From the NCBI RefSeq assembly GCF_009914755.1, contig NC_060945.1: 64,000 nucleotides of DNA; one strand, written 5' to 3'. The DNA comes from the human T2T-CHM13v2.0 reference genome, Homo sapiens. Positions within the stretch are counted from its first letter, which is position 1. Each line of letters starts with the position of its first letter. The notes beneath the pieces are model-generated. The model saw only the letters and a list, made by a program, of their open reading frames with translations, made no database searches and was not told where the DNA came from. Below, one piece after another: positions 46,251 through 58,654 of the stretch. Made by a program: the position numbers and the translations under genes.

Positions 46251-49200
46251 ATCTTTCTCCCATTCTTCCCCAAAGGGTCCTCTAGTCTTTTACCACTGGG
46301 GAAAGGGAAATGATCAGACATTCTGAGGACTGCTGGGCACTGGCTCTGAGGGGATGTTGATTTCAGGGGACTGAAAAGGTCATTGTGGTCCTCCAGTTAA
46401 AGTAGTGGCTTATGGAGGTCAGGTAATTAATGGGGTTTTAGCTCAGGTCTGATTTACACTGGGTCCCCGGACTCATCCTGTGGTCATTTCCCCAGTGCCA
46501 GAATGCAGAATTGGCATAGACACACTTAGCAGCTGCCAAAACCCCCACATTGGCTCCCTGACTGGTAAGATGAGGGGTATTAAGTGGGAAAGGCCAAATG
46601 GAAGCCATTAGAGCTCCCTCAACCTAGAAAAATGGTAAATCAAAAACGATATCACATCCCTGGAGGGACTGCAGAGATTAGTGGCACCATCAAGAAGTTG
46701 AAAAATGCAGGGGTGGTGATTCCCACTACATCCCCACTCAACTCTCCCATTTGGCCTGTGCAGAAGACAGATGGATCTTGGAGAATGACCATGGATTATC
46801 ATAAGCTTAACCAAGTGGTGACTCCAATTGCAGTTGCTGTACCATATGTGGTTGCATTGCTTGAGCAAATTAACACATTTTCTTGTACCTGGTATGCAGC
46901 CATCGACTTGGCAAATACCTTTTTCTCCTTTTCTGTTCATAAGGCCCAAAGAAGTAATTTGCCTTCAGCAGGCAAGGCCAGCAATATACCTTTACTGTCC
47001 ACCCTTAGTGGTATATCAACTCTCTGGCTTTGTGTCATTACCTGATTTGGAGAGATTTTGATCACTTTTTGCTTCTACAAGATATCACACTGGTCCATTA
47101 CATTGATGACATTATGCTGATTGGATCCATTGAGCAAAAGGTAGCAAACACACTGGACTTACTGGCAAGACATTTGTGTGCCAGAAAATGGGAAATAAAT
47201 CTGACTAAAATTTAGGGACCCTCCACCTCAGTAAAATTTCTAGGTGTCCAGTGGTGTGGGGTCTGTTGAGATATTCTTTCTAAGGTGAAGGATAAGTTGC
47301 TGCATTTGGCCCCTCCTACAACCAAGAAAAAGACACAATGCCTAGGGGCTTATTTGGATTTTGGAGGCAACACATTCCTCATTTGGGTGTGTTACTCCAG
47401 CCCATTTATAGAGTGACCCCAAAGCTGCCAGTTTGGAGTGGGGTCCAGAACAGGAGAAGGCTCTGCAACAGATCCAGGCTGCTGTGGAAGCTCTCTGCTA
47501 CTTGGGCCATATGACCCAGCAGATCCAATGGTGCTGAGGTGTCAGTGACTGATAGGGATGCAGTTTGTAGCCTTTGGCAGGCCCCCATAGGTGAATCACA
47601 GAAGAGGCCCTGCCGTCTTCTGCAGATAACTACTCTCCTTTTGAGAGACAGCTCTTGGCCTGTTACTGGGCTTCGGTGGAAACTGAACATTTGACTATGG
47701 GTTATCAAGTCACCATACAACTTGAACTGCCTATCATGAACTGGGTGCTTTCTGACCCATCTAGCCATAAACTGGGTCATGCAAAGCAGCATTCCATCAT
47801 CAAATGGAAGTGGTATATACGTGATCGGGCTCGAGCAGGTCCTGAAGGCACAGGTAAGTTACATGAGGAAGTGGCTCAAATGCCCATGGTCTCCACTCCT
47901 GCCACCCTGCCTTCTCTCTCCCAGCCTGCACTGATGGCCTCATAGAGAGTTCCCTATGATCAGCTAACAGAGGGAGAGAAGATTAGGACCTGGTTCACAG
48001 ATGATTCTGCATGATATGCAGGCACCACACAAAAGTGGACAGCTGCAGCACAACAGCCCCTTTCTAGGACATCCCTGCAGGACAGCGGTGAAGGAGTCTT
48101 CCCAGTGAGCAGAACCTCAAGCAGTGTACCTGGTTGTGCAGGTTGCATAGAAAGAGAAAGGGCCAGATATGCGGTTATATACTGATTCATAGGCTGTAGC
48201 CAGTGGTTTGGCTGGTCAGGGACTTGGAAGAAGCATGATTGGAAAATTGGTGACAAAGAAATTTGGGGAAGAGATATGTGGATGGACCTCTCTGAGTGGT
48301 CATAACTGAAGATATTTCTATTCCATGTGAGTGCTCACCAACGGGTGACCTTGGGGAAGAGATATGTGGATGGACCTCTCTGAGTGGTCATAACTGTGAA
48401 GATATTTGTGTTCCATGTGAGTGCTCACCAACGGGTGACCTTAGCAGAGGAAGAGTTTAATAATCAAGTGGATAGAATGACCAGTTCTGTGGACACCATT
48501 CAGCCTCTTTCCCCAGCCACCTCTGTCATAGCCCAGTGGTCCCATGAACAAAGTGGCCATGGTGGCAGGGATGGAGTTTACATATGGGCTCAGCAACATG
48601 GACTTCCACTCACCAAGGCTAACCTGGCTATGGCAACTGCTGAGTGCCCAGTTTTCCAAAAGCAGAGACCAGCACTGAGCCCTCAATATGGCATCATTTC
48701 TCAGGGTGATCAGCCAGCTACTTGGTGGCAGGTTGATTATATTGGACCTCTTCCATCATGGAAAGGGAAGAGGTTTGTCCTCACTAGAATAGACACTTAC
48801 TGGGTTTGCCTATTCTGCAACCAGTGCTTCTGCGAAGACTACCATCTGTGGGCTCACGGAATGCCTTATCCACCATCATGATATTCCACACAGCATTGCC
48901 TCTGACCAAGGCACTCACTTTACGGCTAAAGCAGTGTGGCAGTGGGCTCATGCTCATGGAATTCACTAGCCTTACCATGTTCCCCATCATCCTGAAGAGG
49001 CTGGATTGATGAACGGGAGAATGGCTTTTAGAAGTCACAAGTACAACACCAACTAAGTGACAATACTTTGCATGCCTGGGCAAAGTTCTCCAGAAGGTCG
49101 TGTGTGCTCTGCATCAGCATCCAATATATGGCACTGTTTGTCCCATAGCCAGGATTCACAGGTCCAGGAATCAAGGGGTGGAAGTGGAAGTGGCACCACT
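46250..49200 (+). pseudogene. pol: HERV-L pro-pol remnant (protease, RT, RNase H, integrase)
   Basis: LLGTGS (degenerate DTG), PIWPVQKTDGSWRMTMDY, AIDLAN, HYIDDIML, HVSAH, HEQSGH, WQVDYIGPLP; multiple frameshifts and stops. Confidence 0.92.
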
Positions 49201-49249
49201 CACCATCACCCCAAGTGATCCACTAGCAAGATTTTTGCTTCCCGTTCCC

Positions 49250-49600
49250 ACAATATTACATTCTGCCGGCCTAGAGGTCTTAGTTCCAGAAGGAGGAACA
49301 CTGCCACTGGGAGACACAACAACAATTCCATTTAACTGGAAGCTAAGATTGCCACCTGGACACTTTAGGCTCCTCCTACCTTTAAATCAACAGGCTAAGA
49401 AGGGTGTTACGGTGTTTGCTGGGGTGATTGAGGCTATTAAGATGAAATAAGTCTACTACTCCACAACAGAGTTAAGGAAGAGCATGCATGGAATACAGGA
49501 GATCCATTAGGATGTCTCTTAGTATTACTATGCCGTGTGATTAAAGTCAATGGAAAACTGCAACAGCCCAATCCAGGCAGGACTACCAATGGCCCATCAG
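49250..49600 (+). pseudogene. HERV-L dUTPase remnant
   Basis: SAGLEV...KLRLPPGHFRLLLP...GVTVFAGVI downstream of integrase, the ERV-L arrangement. Confidence 0.8.
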
Positions 49601-50081
49601 GAATGAAGGATTGGGTCACTCCACCAGGAAAAAAAACTACGACCTGCTGAGGTGCTTGCTGATGGGAATACAGAATGTGTGGTAGAAGAGGGTAATAATT
49701 AATACCAATTATGATCACGTGGTCAGTTACAGAAAGGAGGACTGTAATTGTCATGAGTATATCCACCTTCTTTTGTTAAAAACATGTTTGTGCATGGATA
49801 CACTTGTACTAAGAAAATATCTTCATTTTATTTCCTTTTTCCTTTATCCTGTGACATAAGATTTATTGACTTCATATCAGCATTTAAGTATTGTTGACTT
49901 TATGTAATAGCATTTGCGTCGAGGATTGGTGCATTTGCGTCGAGGATTGGTGCATTTTCGGTTGTATGAAAGATAGTTGTATCCTGTTAGGTGTAATTAT
50001 AACTTTATTACTGTCTTTATTTGAAGATTATGTATGATCTCAGGAGATGTGTATGGGTTCAAGTTGAAAAGGGAGTAGACT

Positions 50082-50539
50082 AGTGATGGTTAATACTGAG
50101 TGTCAACTTGATTGGATTGAAGGATGCAAAGTATTGATCTTGGATGTATCTGCTAGGTGTTGTCAAAGGAGATTAACATTTGAGTCAGTGGACTGGGAAA
50201 GGCAGACTCACCCTTTATCTGGGTGGGCACCACCTAATCAGCTGCCAGAGCAGCCAGAATATAAAGCAGGCAGAAAAAACAGAAAAGGCTAGACTGGCTT
50301 AGCCTCCCAGCCTACATCTTTCTCCTGTGCTGGATGCTTCCTGCCCTCAAACATCAGACTCCAAGTTCTTCAGCTCTGGACTGGCTTCATTGCTCCTCAC
50401 CTTGCAGACAGCCTATTGTGAGGCCTTATTATTGTGTGAGTTAACACTCCTTAATAAGCTCATATATATATATAATATATACTAATAAGAGATATATATA
50501 AATCCTATTAGTTATGTCCCTCTAGAGAACTCTAATACA
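50082..50539 (+). mobile_element. 3' LTR, MLT2A
   Basis: Homologous to 43970-44414, preceded by purine tract gaaaagggagtagac; internal TA-rich expansion at 50462-50500. Confidence 0.93.
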
Positions 50540-51220
50540 ATGCTCAAGCAATGAAATTTGTATATAAATTATGATATATTTTTATAATGCAATATTATCC
50601 ACCCATTTAAAATTATGTTGTGGAAGAGTAATCTATATAAAGAGGTTTATTACACAGCATTAATTGACAATGAAACAGTTTACCAAGTACTAAGTAATGT
50701 GAAGTTCAATTTTTGTGTTCTCTTTGGTGTTCACACCAAAAGGATCTCTTTGTAGTCCTCTTAATAACTTTTTGCTGCATTATCAAATCCCTAAGATACA
50801 AAAAAACAAATTCTTGAGTTTTACCTAACCTAAACTAGGTTTAACCTTAATTATTTTTAACCAAATTTCAGTCAAATTTTGATGTTTTTGTTTCCCTATC
50901 TCTTCTTTCCCTTCTTCTATTTTGTACCCTTGTTCTCTTTCAGCAAGGTTTTTTTTTTAACCTTTTTTTTTTGTTTTTTTTTTTCCATTTCCATTGATCG
51001 AATTGGGAGCAATTATGAAAAGCATTTTAGAAGTTATTGCTTATTAAAAGAAATTACTACTACATCACCTTGCTTCCACCTCCATCTTTATCAGTGCAGA
51101 TACCAAGAGCCTGAATACTTCTTTGACTTGCCCCTCTGCCTCAAAAGCCATGTCCAAACCTGATGTCATAATTCTGAAATGTGTTCAGAACCCACTGCTC
51201 TTCTTTAATACTGCTGTAAC

Positions 51221-51938
51221 TGTGTGTTGTGAGCAGCGAAAGATGAGACGTAACCAAGTCTGTGCATGTTTGTATCTTTCCACAAGGTCAGATTTTCCTT
51301 GGTGTTATTTCAATTGCAAAAGTCACGGCTACATGGAGTTCCCAAGGAAGCAATTCTCCTTAGCACTACCTGTTCACTCAGTAGTTAGCGCCATGGGCAC
51401 ACGGGCTCAAGCCACAAGTCAGTCAATATTGCAAATCACACATTGTAGTATAATTAATATATAAATGTTATAGATTAAATATTCCATATCAGACAAACAA
51501 TTAACATCAAGACGAAAAGGATTAGGAAAATGGGGTCAAATGAACCAGTGCAAGGAGAGTGACATGGACAAGGAGAGTGTCCTGGCCTGATCCTGATGGA
51601 TGTCAATGACTTCCACTGAAGAGTCTTTTATTTGGGCAGAGCCTTCAGCCTCAGATGCCAGGTGCTAATCACAAGTGACAGCATAACCGTGTCTATCAAG
51701 ATGGCCGTCTTGAGCTGGTGAAGTCTTGCTATTCTTATGGCCCCGGAGTCTTCTGGTGAGGACTGAATTGATAGTAAAGAGTGTGCCTGGTTATGTCCTT
51801 ATCTGATTGATTGCTGTCTCTATTGATTAGGCGAACATCTGATCGCTGTTGGTATGATGCCTGTTGGTATGATGCATTCTGAAACATAAGATGAGTCTTT
51901 TTCTAAGATGGAGTTACAGATGTCAAGGGTGCTCTATA
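51221..51938 (-). mobile_element. ERV1 (MER4-group-like) solo LTR inserted in an L2
   Basis: Reverse complement starts tatagagcacccttgacatctgtaactccatcttagaaaaagactc; L2-like flanks. Confidence 0.65.
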
Positions 51939-52774
51939 AACAGCACCATTCAGTCCTTCAACACTTTTCACAGGTATATCTATAACCTACCAATAGACCT
52001 CATTGCTAACAATCTCCTCCCCTGTCCAATCCATACCTCAGCCTGAAAGTTCTTTCTAGAATACTGATTAATCATGCCATTTGTCTGCTTTTTGGAGAAA
52101 GTTAGAACTTCTGAGAATGGATTTCAAAGCTTTTGAGCCCAACCTGATTTTCCAACCTCACCTCAGTTTATCACTCCCTGCCTACCATACCAAACTCCGC
52201 CCATCTCAGAAAGTATAGGAACTTTTGAAGAAGTGTTTCTGATGGAATAGTCTAAACAGTATGCACATTTTGCCAGGCCGTGTGTGTGGTACCACTGTAA
52301 ATTTTATAATGACACTAGATTTTCCAACCATTTGTTTTTCATCCAAGTATTTCTGATCGTTTTAGTAATAGCAAATTTTTTCACAGTAATTTGTTTTATA
52401 AGCATCAGGTAGGATCAGATCTCCCTCATGCAAACACATTATCATCTCTTTAACTTGTGCGGCCCTCACTCCATCCTCCACCCTTTTTCCTTTCAGGAGA
52501 AACTTACTTTGTGGTTTCACTCTTATTTTATTTGTTTAAAATGTCCCATCCTGTTAAGCAAAGGATTATTTCTCCAAATGACCTGTATCTTTTCATATTT
52601 TTCTCTTTTTTTTGCTCATGATGTTATCTCTACTTGAAAATTCCTTGATATTTGTCTTCAGTGAGCTAAATCCTACAGACATTCAATGCTTACCCCAGAC
52701 ATTACTCCCTCTTCAAAGGTTTCCCTCTTGATATTCCTAACACATCACCTCACATGTGAGTAGAAAGTTGAATT

Positions 52775-52810
52775 TATTAGGTTGGTGCCAACGTTTGCAC
52801 CAACCTAATA
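52775..52810. mobile_element. Internally deleted MADE1 (Hsmar1-derived MITE)
   Basis: ta-ttaggttggtgc...gcaccaacctaa-ta: Hsmar1/MADE1 TIR ends with TA target sites. Confidence 0.9.
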
Positions 52811-52913
52811 CTTAATCTCCTCATTACTACCACTAACAGAGTCTCAAAAAAGGAAGACATACCTATAACAAAAGTCTAGAAGCAAAAGTTTTGGAGTTAA
52901 ATGACCTGCTTTT

Positions 52914-53253
<340 letters not shown>

Positions 53254-53429
53254 TCAAATTTCAATCTACTCTCTTTCTCTTTTGTATTCCCATTGCTCTT
53301 TGTAAATACTCTCTTGAAACATTTAACACACTCCTTTTCTCTCACCATACATAAAATCAGGTGGTATGTGTTAATTCATTTCTGACTTTTTCAGGCCTTA
53401 ATAATCATTAAAAACAATTAAAGAAGATA

Positions 53430-53481
53430 AGAAGGAAGGAAGGAATGAAGGAAAGAAGGAAGGAAGGAAGGAACGAAGGAA
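53430..53481. repeat. (GGAA)n-like repeat
   Basis: gaaggaaggaaggaatgaaggaaagaaggaaggaaggaaggaacgaagga. Confidence 0.85.
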
Positions 53482-54476
53482 ATCATTCTATTCAGATTTC
53501 TAATAGCCTGTCTATCTAAACTTGGAGTTGAGGTAATGTATGATCCAAGAGGAAAAAGAAGCAACACGGATAGCTTAAGCGAAAATTAAATTCCTGTAAA
53601 GGGTGAAAGTTTACACTTTCTTTTTAGGTGGAAGCTTGATTAGACCACTAGAAAAAAAAAAGAGTTAAATTACTTCTTTCTCTTCCAATAGTCTTGTTTA
53701 TTACATTGCAGCAAACGTTTGTATATGGAATTGCTTTTTAAAAGCAGGAAATCTGCTTCTCTGTGAACACTGGTTTGTAGCTCCTTTTTCATTTTCTTGA
53801 CTAACAACTCAGTTCTATAAATTGTTTCAGTAGTTCAATAAACAAGTGCTAAATTGTGAGCTCCCTAAGGATAATGACTGTGTCTTATTCAGTAATGTTT
53901 ACCAGGAGCCTCACTAATACCAGGAAGGCAAGTTTGCCTACATTTACTCGAGAATATATTGTTGTTAATTCTCTAAAGACCAGTGGAGTACATGTTCTCT
54001 CAATGTCTATCCACATGGCAAAACTGTGTGAGGAATAACAACCAGACAGACCTCAAATTTGCTCATTTGATGATTTATCTTGTTTGATGAAAGGCACGAT
54101 AGCCTAAGAAAACTCTCTTTTCTCAGATACTATTTGCCTCAGATCAATAGTATGCAGAAAATACCATCACAGGACAAAAGAAAATTGTCTTGACTGCAAC
54201 TAGAGCACAAAGGGGAAAAAGATGTAACAATCTAAATTTCAAGAAAGAAGTCTCAGTTAAAAGCATTGCTCTCAGAAGTCTTTTCTGGTGCCTCTGCAGA
54301 TGATCCTATTAGATGCTAGCAATTGCTAAGATTGAAATACTCCAAGGTGAGAGAGAATGCTTCGGAAACACAGACTAGATGGCCTATGATTCGTTAACTT
54401 TATTAAACAGCACTGTATTTCCTGAACAAACAAAAGAGTACACTGGTATGTTCCTGAACTTTTAAAGTTTTGCATT

Positions 54477-55382
54477 TGATGGAGTTCAGGACACACTAAC
54501 CCAGGATGTGGCATCTTGACATTTGAGAAAATAGTAGAAACATGAAGGTCACTCTCACCTTCCCCTTGCCCCTTCTCCTCTGAAGCAGGCCATAAAATGT
54601 AGAAATAATTCTCTGACCTTCTCTCCTGTAGCAGAGAATAAAATCAGCTGACTTTCCCGTGAAGCAGATCATAAAATCCTGTTTCCTGAGGTGCCCTCCT
54701 TGTACCTGGAGGGAAAGAATGTTCTTATCTCTGAAGTCAGAGGGACACAGAGAAGAATCTGAGCAAACAGGCCTTGCTAAGATGGGGTTTGTTACCATTA
54801 GATCATACCTTGTTAGTCCAATTACACTTCTGCACAACTCTCCACTCTTCCTCCTACCTAAGCATAAAAATATACGAGTTTCCCTGTTTCTTGGGGTCTT
54901 CATTTCTTATTTTACTTTGTTTGTTTCTTTCTTTTTTTTTTTTTCTTTTTTCAAGTAGGAGTCTTGCTCTGTCACCCAGGCTGGAGTGCAATGACACGAT
55001 CTCAGCTCACTGCAAGCTCCGCCTCCTGGGTTCAAGAGATTCACCTGTCTCAACCTCCTGAGCAGCTAGGATTACAGGCATGCACCACCACTCCCAGCTA
55101 ATTTTTGTATTTTTATTAGAGACAGGGTTTCACCATGTTGGCCAAGATGGTCTCGAACTTCTGACCTCAAGTGATCAACCTGCCTCTGCCTCCCAAAGTG
55201 CTGGGATTACAGACGTGAGCCACTGTATCCGGTGGGTCTTCATTTCTGAAGGCTCCCATGTCAGGCAAAACTTATATTAAATAGATTTGTTTTTCTCTTG
55301 TTAATCTATCTTTTGTTACAGGTGCCTTAGCTGGGAACATTGAAACAGGTAAGGAAAAGATTAACACTTTTTCTCCTTTGCA
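54477..55382 (+). mobile_element. MER39-like ERV1 solo LTR (split by an Alu)
   Basis: tgatggagttcaggacac...ttctcctttgca; perfect TSD catt. Confidence 0.8.
54908..55233 (-). mobile_element. AluS nested in the LTR
   Basis: TSD gggtcttcatttct at 54894-54907 and 55234-55247. Confidence 0.97.
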
Positions 55383-56151
55383 CATTTAACTTAATTAGAG
55401 TACACCAGACTCCAAGTCTCTCTTACTTCTTGCTTTCTTACCCCATGCCTAGCTTTAATTCAAATTTGGTTTAAATGGTTAATTGCCTTAGAAGCCTGGT
55501 AAAGTAGTTTTTATGTTAACTAAACATCAAATGTGAGTAAATCACTCTGCTAGATGCTTTACATAGTCTACCCAATTTTCCCTTAAACAACTTCCCAAGG
55601 CTTATGTTTTTTTTCCTATTTATTCTTAGGAAAACTAAGAGTCAAGTGATCAAGTAACCATCAAGGAAACATTCATAATCTTTCCATTGGACCAGGTCTA
55701 TCTCCATGTTTATTCAACACACAGTGGCGTCAAATGGTATCCTCTTTATAAAACTTGCTCAAATTAGGGATTCTTCCCCCTCCTTCCCCATCTCCACCTG
55801 GAACTCCAAGGTATGAGAGCAATCTGGCTCATCCCTTCAATCTCCCAGGTGAACCAGCATCCAAAGAATTCCTAGCAAGAACAACTTGGCATAGTGAAAA
55901 ACAACGTGCCAGTTGAGGAATTAGATGTTCTGGGCTCCATTCACCTGACCAGCTGTGTTACCTCTGCCTGATGATTTAACTGCTCTTAGCCTTATGTTCC
56001 TTATCTTTCACTGAGGTTAACCATCTAGTTACATAGAATATTTTAGTTTGAGTTATAATGGAATCTCTAAGAGAATAGGTATATGTTGTAAGTATTCTTT
56101 AAATTAACATTTAATCCATAAACTGCAAATTAGGGACATTGCCCACACTTT

Positions 56152-56462
56152 TTAATTTAATTTTATTTTATTATTTTTGAGATAGGGTCTCACACTGTCA
56201 CTCAGGCTGAGTTGCCATGACACAATCATGGCTCACTGCCGCTGTGACCTCCTGGGCTCAAGCAATCCTCTCACTTCTCAGCCTCCTCAATAGCTGGGGC
56301 TATGGGTGCCTGCCACCATGCCTGGCTGATTTCTGTATTTTTAGTAGAGATTTGGTCTCACAATGTGGCCTAGGCTGGTCTCGAACTCCTGGGCTCAAGT
56401 GATCTGCCTGCCTCAGCCTCCCAAGGTGCTGGGATAGCAGGCATGAGTCACTGTTCCCAGCT
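56152..56462 (-). mobile_element. AluJ-type SINE
   Basis: Diverged dimer (ctcctgggctcaagcaatcctc). Confidence 0.93.
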
Positions 56463-57576
56463 GCTCACAACTTTAAAAAAGAAAGCTTAGTGTCTCAACT
56501 ACATTCTAATGTCATATGGATTATGTTCCAACAAATTCTTTTTCTCAAAGAAAACAATTATTTAAAAAATCATTAACATGTTTGTTTATTATTTGACATT
56601 TAAAATGTGCTGTTTTTATATTGAAATAACTCTATCCAAAGTGTACGAAGAGAGAATGGATTCCCTAAGATGGTCAAGTGCAGCAGCATGTTAGCTATCA
56701 GACAATAATAAATTGGGAATGACAGATAGTGCTGACCATGGTGCATTCCATAGTGAGAATGGTAAGGACTTAGCAGCTTCCCATTAAATTAATGAGAACC
56801 CTCAGCCTTTTTGGCCAGCAAGATTAAGCAACATAATGGAGACATCTGAATACCTTTCTACCACCCTGGGAATGAAAGGCAAGATTGAAAGGACAACCAA
56901 TTCAGTTAAGTGTTTGGCTTTTCACCCAGGTTACCCCTAGATTGGGCTGTTATTCCACTATTCTCTCATTTTGGCTTTCAAGATCAGCAGCAGCTAAAAT
57001 AGCATTTTTGAAGTCTTTTAGGTTGTTTATACCCTTGTTTCCTAGATCAATAAGAAATAGAAAGACCAGGAATCCCTCCAGGTCCCTAAAACTGTCCAAT
57101 AAAGATGTGCCATTAATTTGGATTTATAAGTAGGGTTTTCATTTTATGGTCTGCTTGCTTTTTATAATCAGCAACTCTTCAGTCTGCTATGTAAAAGGAG
57201 GCATAGCAATTAGTTAAAAGCTGAAGTGAAAAAGACTAGAATCTAACTGTGGATTTTTCCTCTTCTGTGAGGCAGGATGTGAGAAATCAAAGTATTGGAT
57301 TAGGAATTAGGCGAGTAGTGCCACTAACAACATGTGCAGCCTGGAAAAATCCAGTCTCTCAAAGCCTCAGTCTCTCCATTGGTAATCAGTTTGACAGTAT
57401 GATGGCTACATTTTTCAGCATTTCTAACTATATTGCTCTCTTTAAAAACAAAGACTGATATGGAGAATGAGTAGGTAACAGAGCACCAGTATTCCCAAGA
57501 AGATATATGCCCAAGAAAATGAATCCTCTCTTGGGCATACATCTTCTTCTGTAAATGGGAATCTATTTACAGATTT

Positions 57577-57878
57577 TATTTATTTATTTTTCTTGAGACA
57601 GAGTCTCACTCTGTCCCTCAGGCTGGAGTGTAGTGATGCGATCTTGGGATCTTGGCTCACTGCAACCTCCGCCTCTTGGGTTTAAGCAATTCTTGTGCCT
57701 CAGCTTCTTGAGTACCTGAGAATTCAGGTGTGCGCCACCACACCCGGCTACTTTTTGTGTAGAGATGGAGTTTCACCATGTTGGCCAGGCTGGTCTCACA
57801 CTCCTGACCTCATGTGGTCCACCCCACCTTGGCCTCCTGGAGTGCTAGGATTACAAGCGTGAGCCACCACGCCCGGCC
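57577..57878 (-). mobile_element. AluS SINE
   Basis: TSD tatttacagattt at 57564-57576 and 57879-57891. Confidence 0.96.
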
Positions 57879-58344
57879 TATTTACAGATTTATGCTATCT
57901 ATTTTTCTACTATTGAACACTCAAATTCTAATCCATGGAAATTCCATTTATATATTGAAGAGTAAGCACACAGAACATTGTTCACATTGCTACTGTTAGT
58001 ATTTTTTACCGGGACTTATAACATCACCTGTTAGGTCAACATTGATCCACCAGTCAACACAATTTGTTTGTATTTTTGCTTTCTTTAATCCATAATTTAA
58101 TTCTCTTAACCCCCCTGGGAAAAATCCGTAGGCATCACTTTGAAGTTTATTTCTCATAATCTTTTAAAACATAGGTCATTAAGTGACTGTGTTTCCATTT
58201 AGAGGATTAATCCTCTGTGTGTTTTCTAATTCCTTAGGCTGACTAGTCTTGTCATCTCAATAGCCATTAATATCTTACCCAGAGAACGGAAGCTTAAAGA
58301 AAGCTGTTGAAGATTTAAGATAATCTATAAGTTTGGATAGTTTT

Positions 58345-58654
<310 letters not shown>

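Larger units (their letters stand above)
43970..50539 (+). mobile_element. Near-full-length HERV-L provirus (LTR-gag-pro-pol-dUTPase-LTR, no env)
   Basis: Two homologous MLT2A LTRs, PBS, PPT, gag/RT/RNaseH/IN/dUTPase fragments; TSD atgtt/atgct. Confidence 0.96.

Noticed and set aside
48263-49957. Direct repeats as a CRISPR-like array
   Set aside because: Simple head-to-tail duplications with no spacers, inside a eukaryotic retroviral sequence.
53430-53481. GGAA repeat as an EWSR1-FLI1-type enhancer
   Set aside because: Short and interrupted; few consecutive perfect units.
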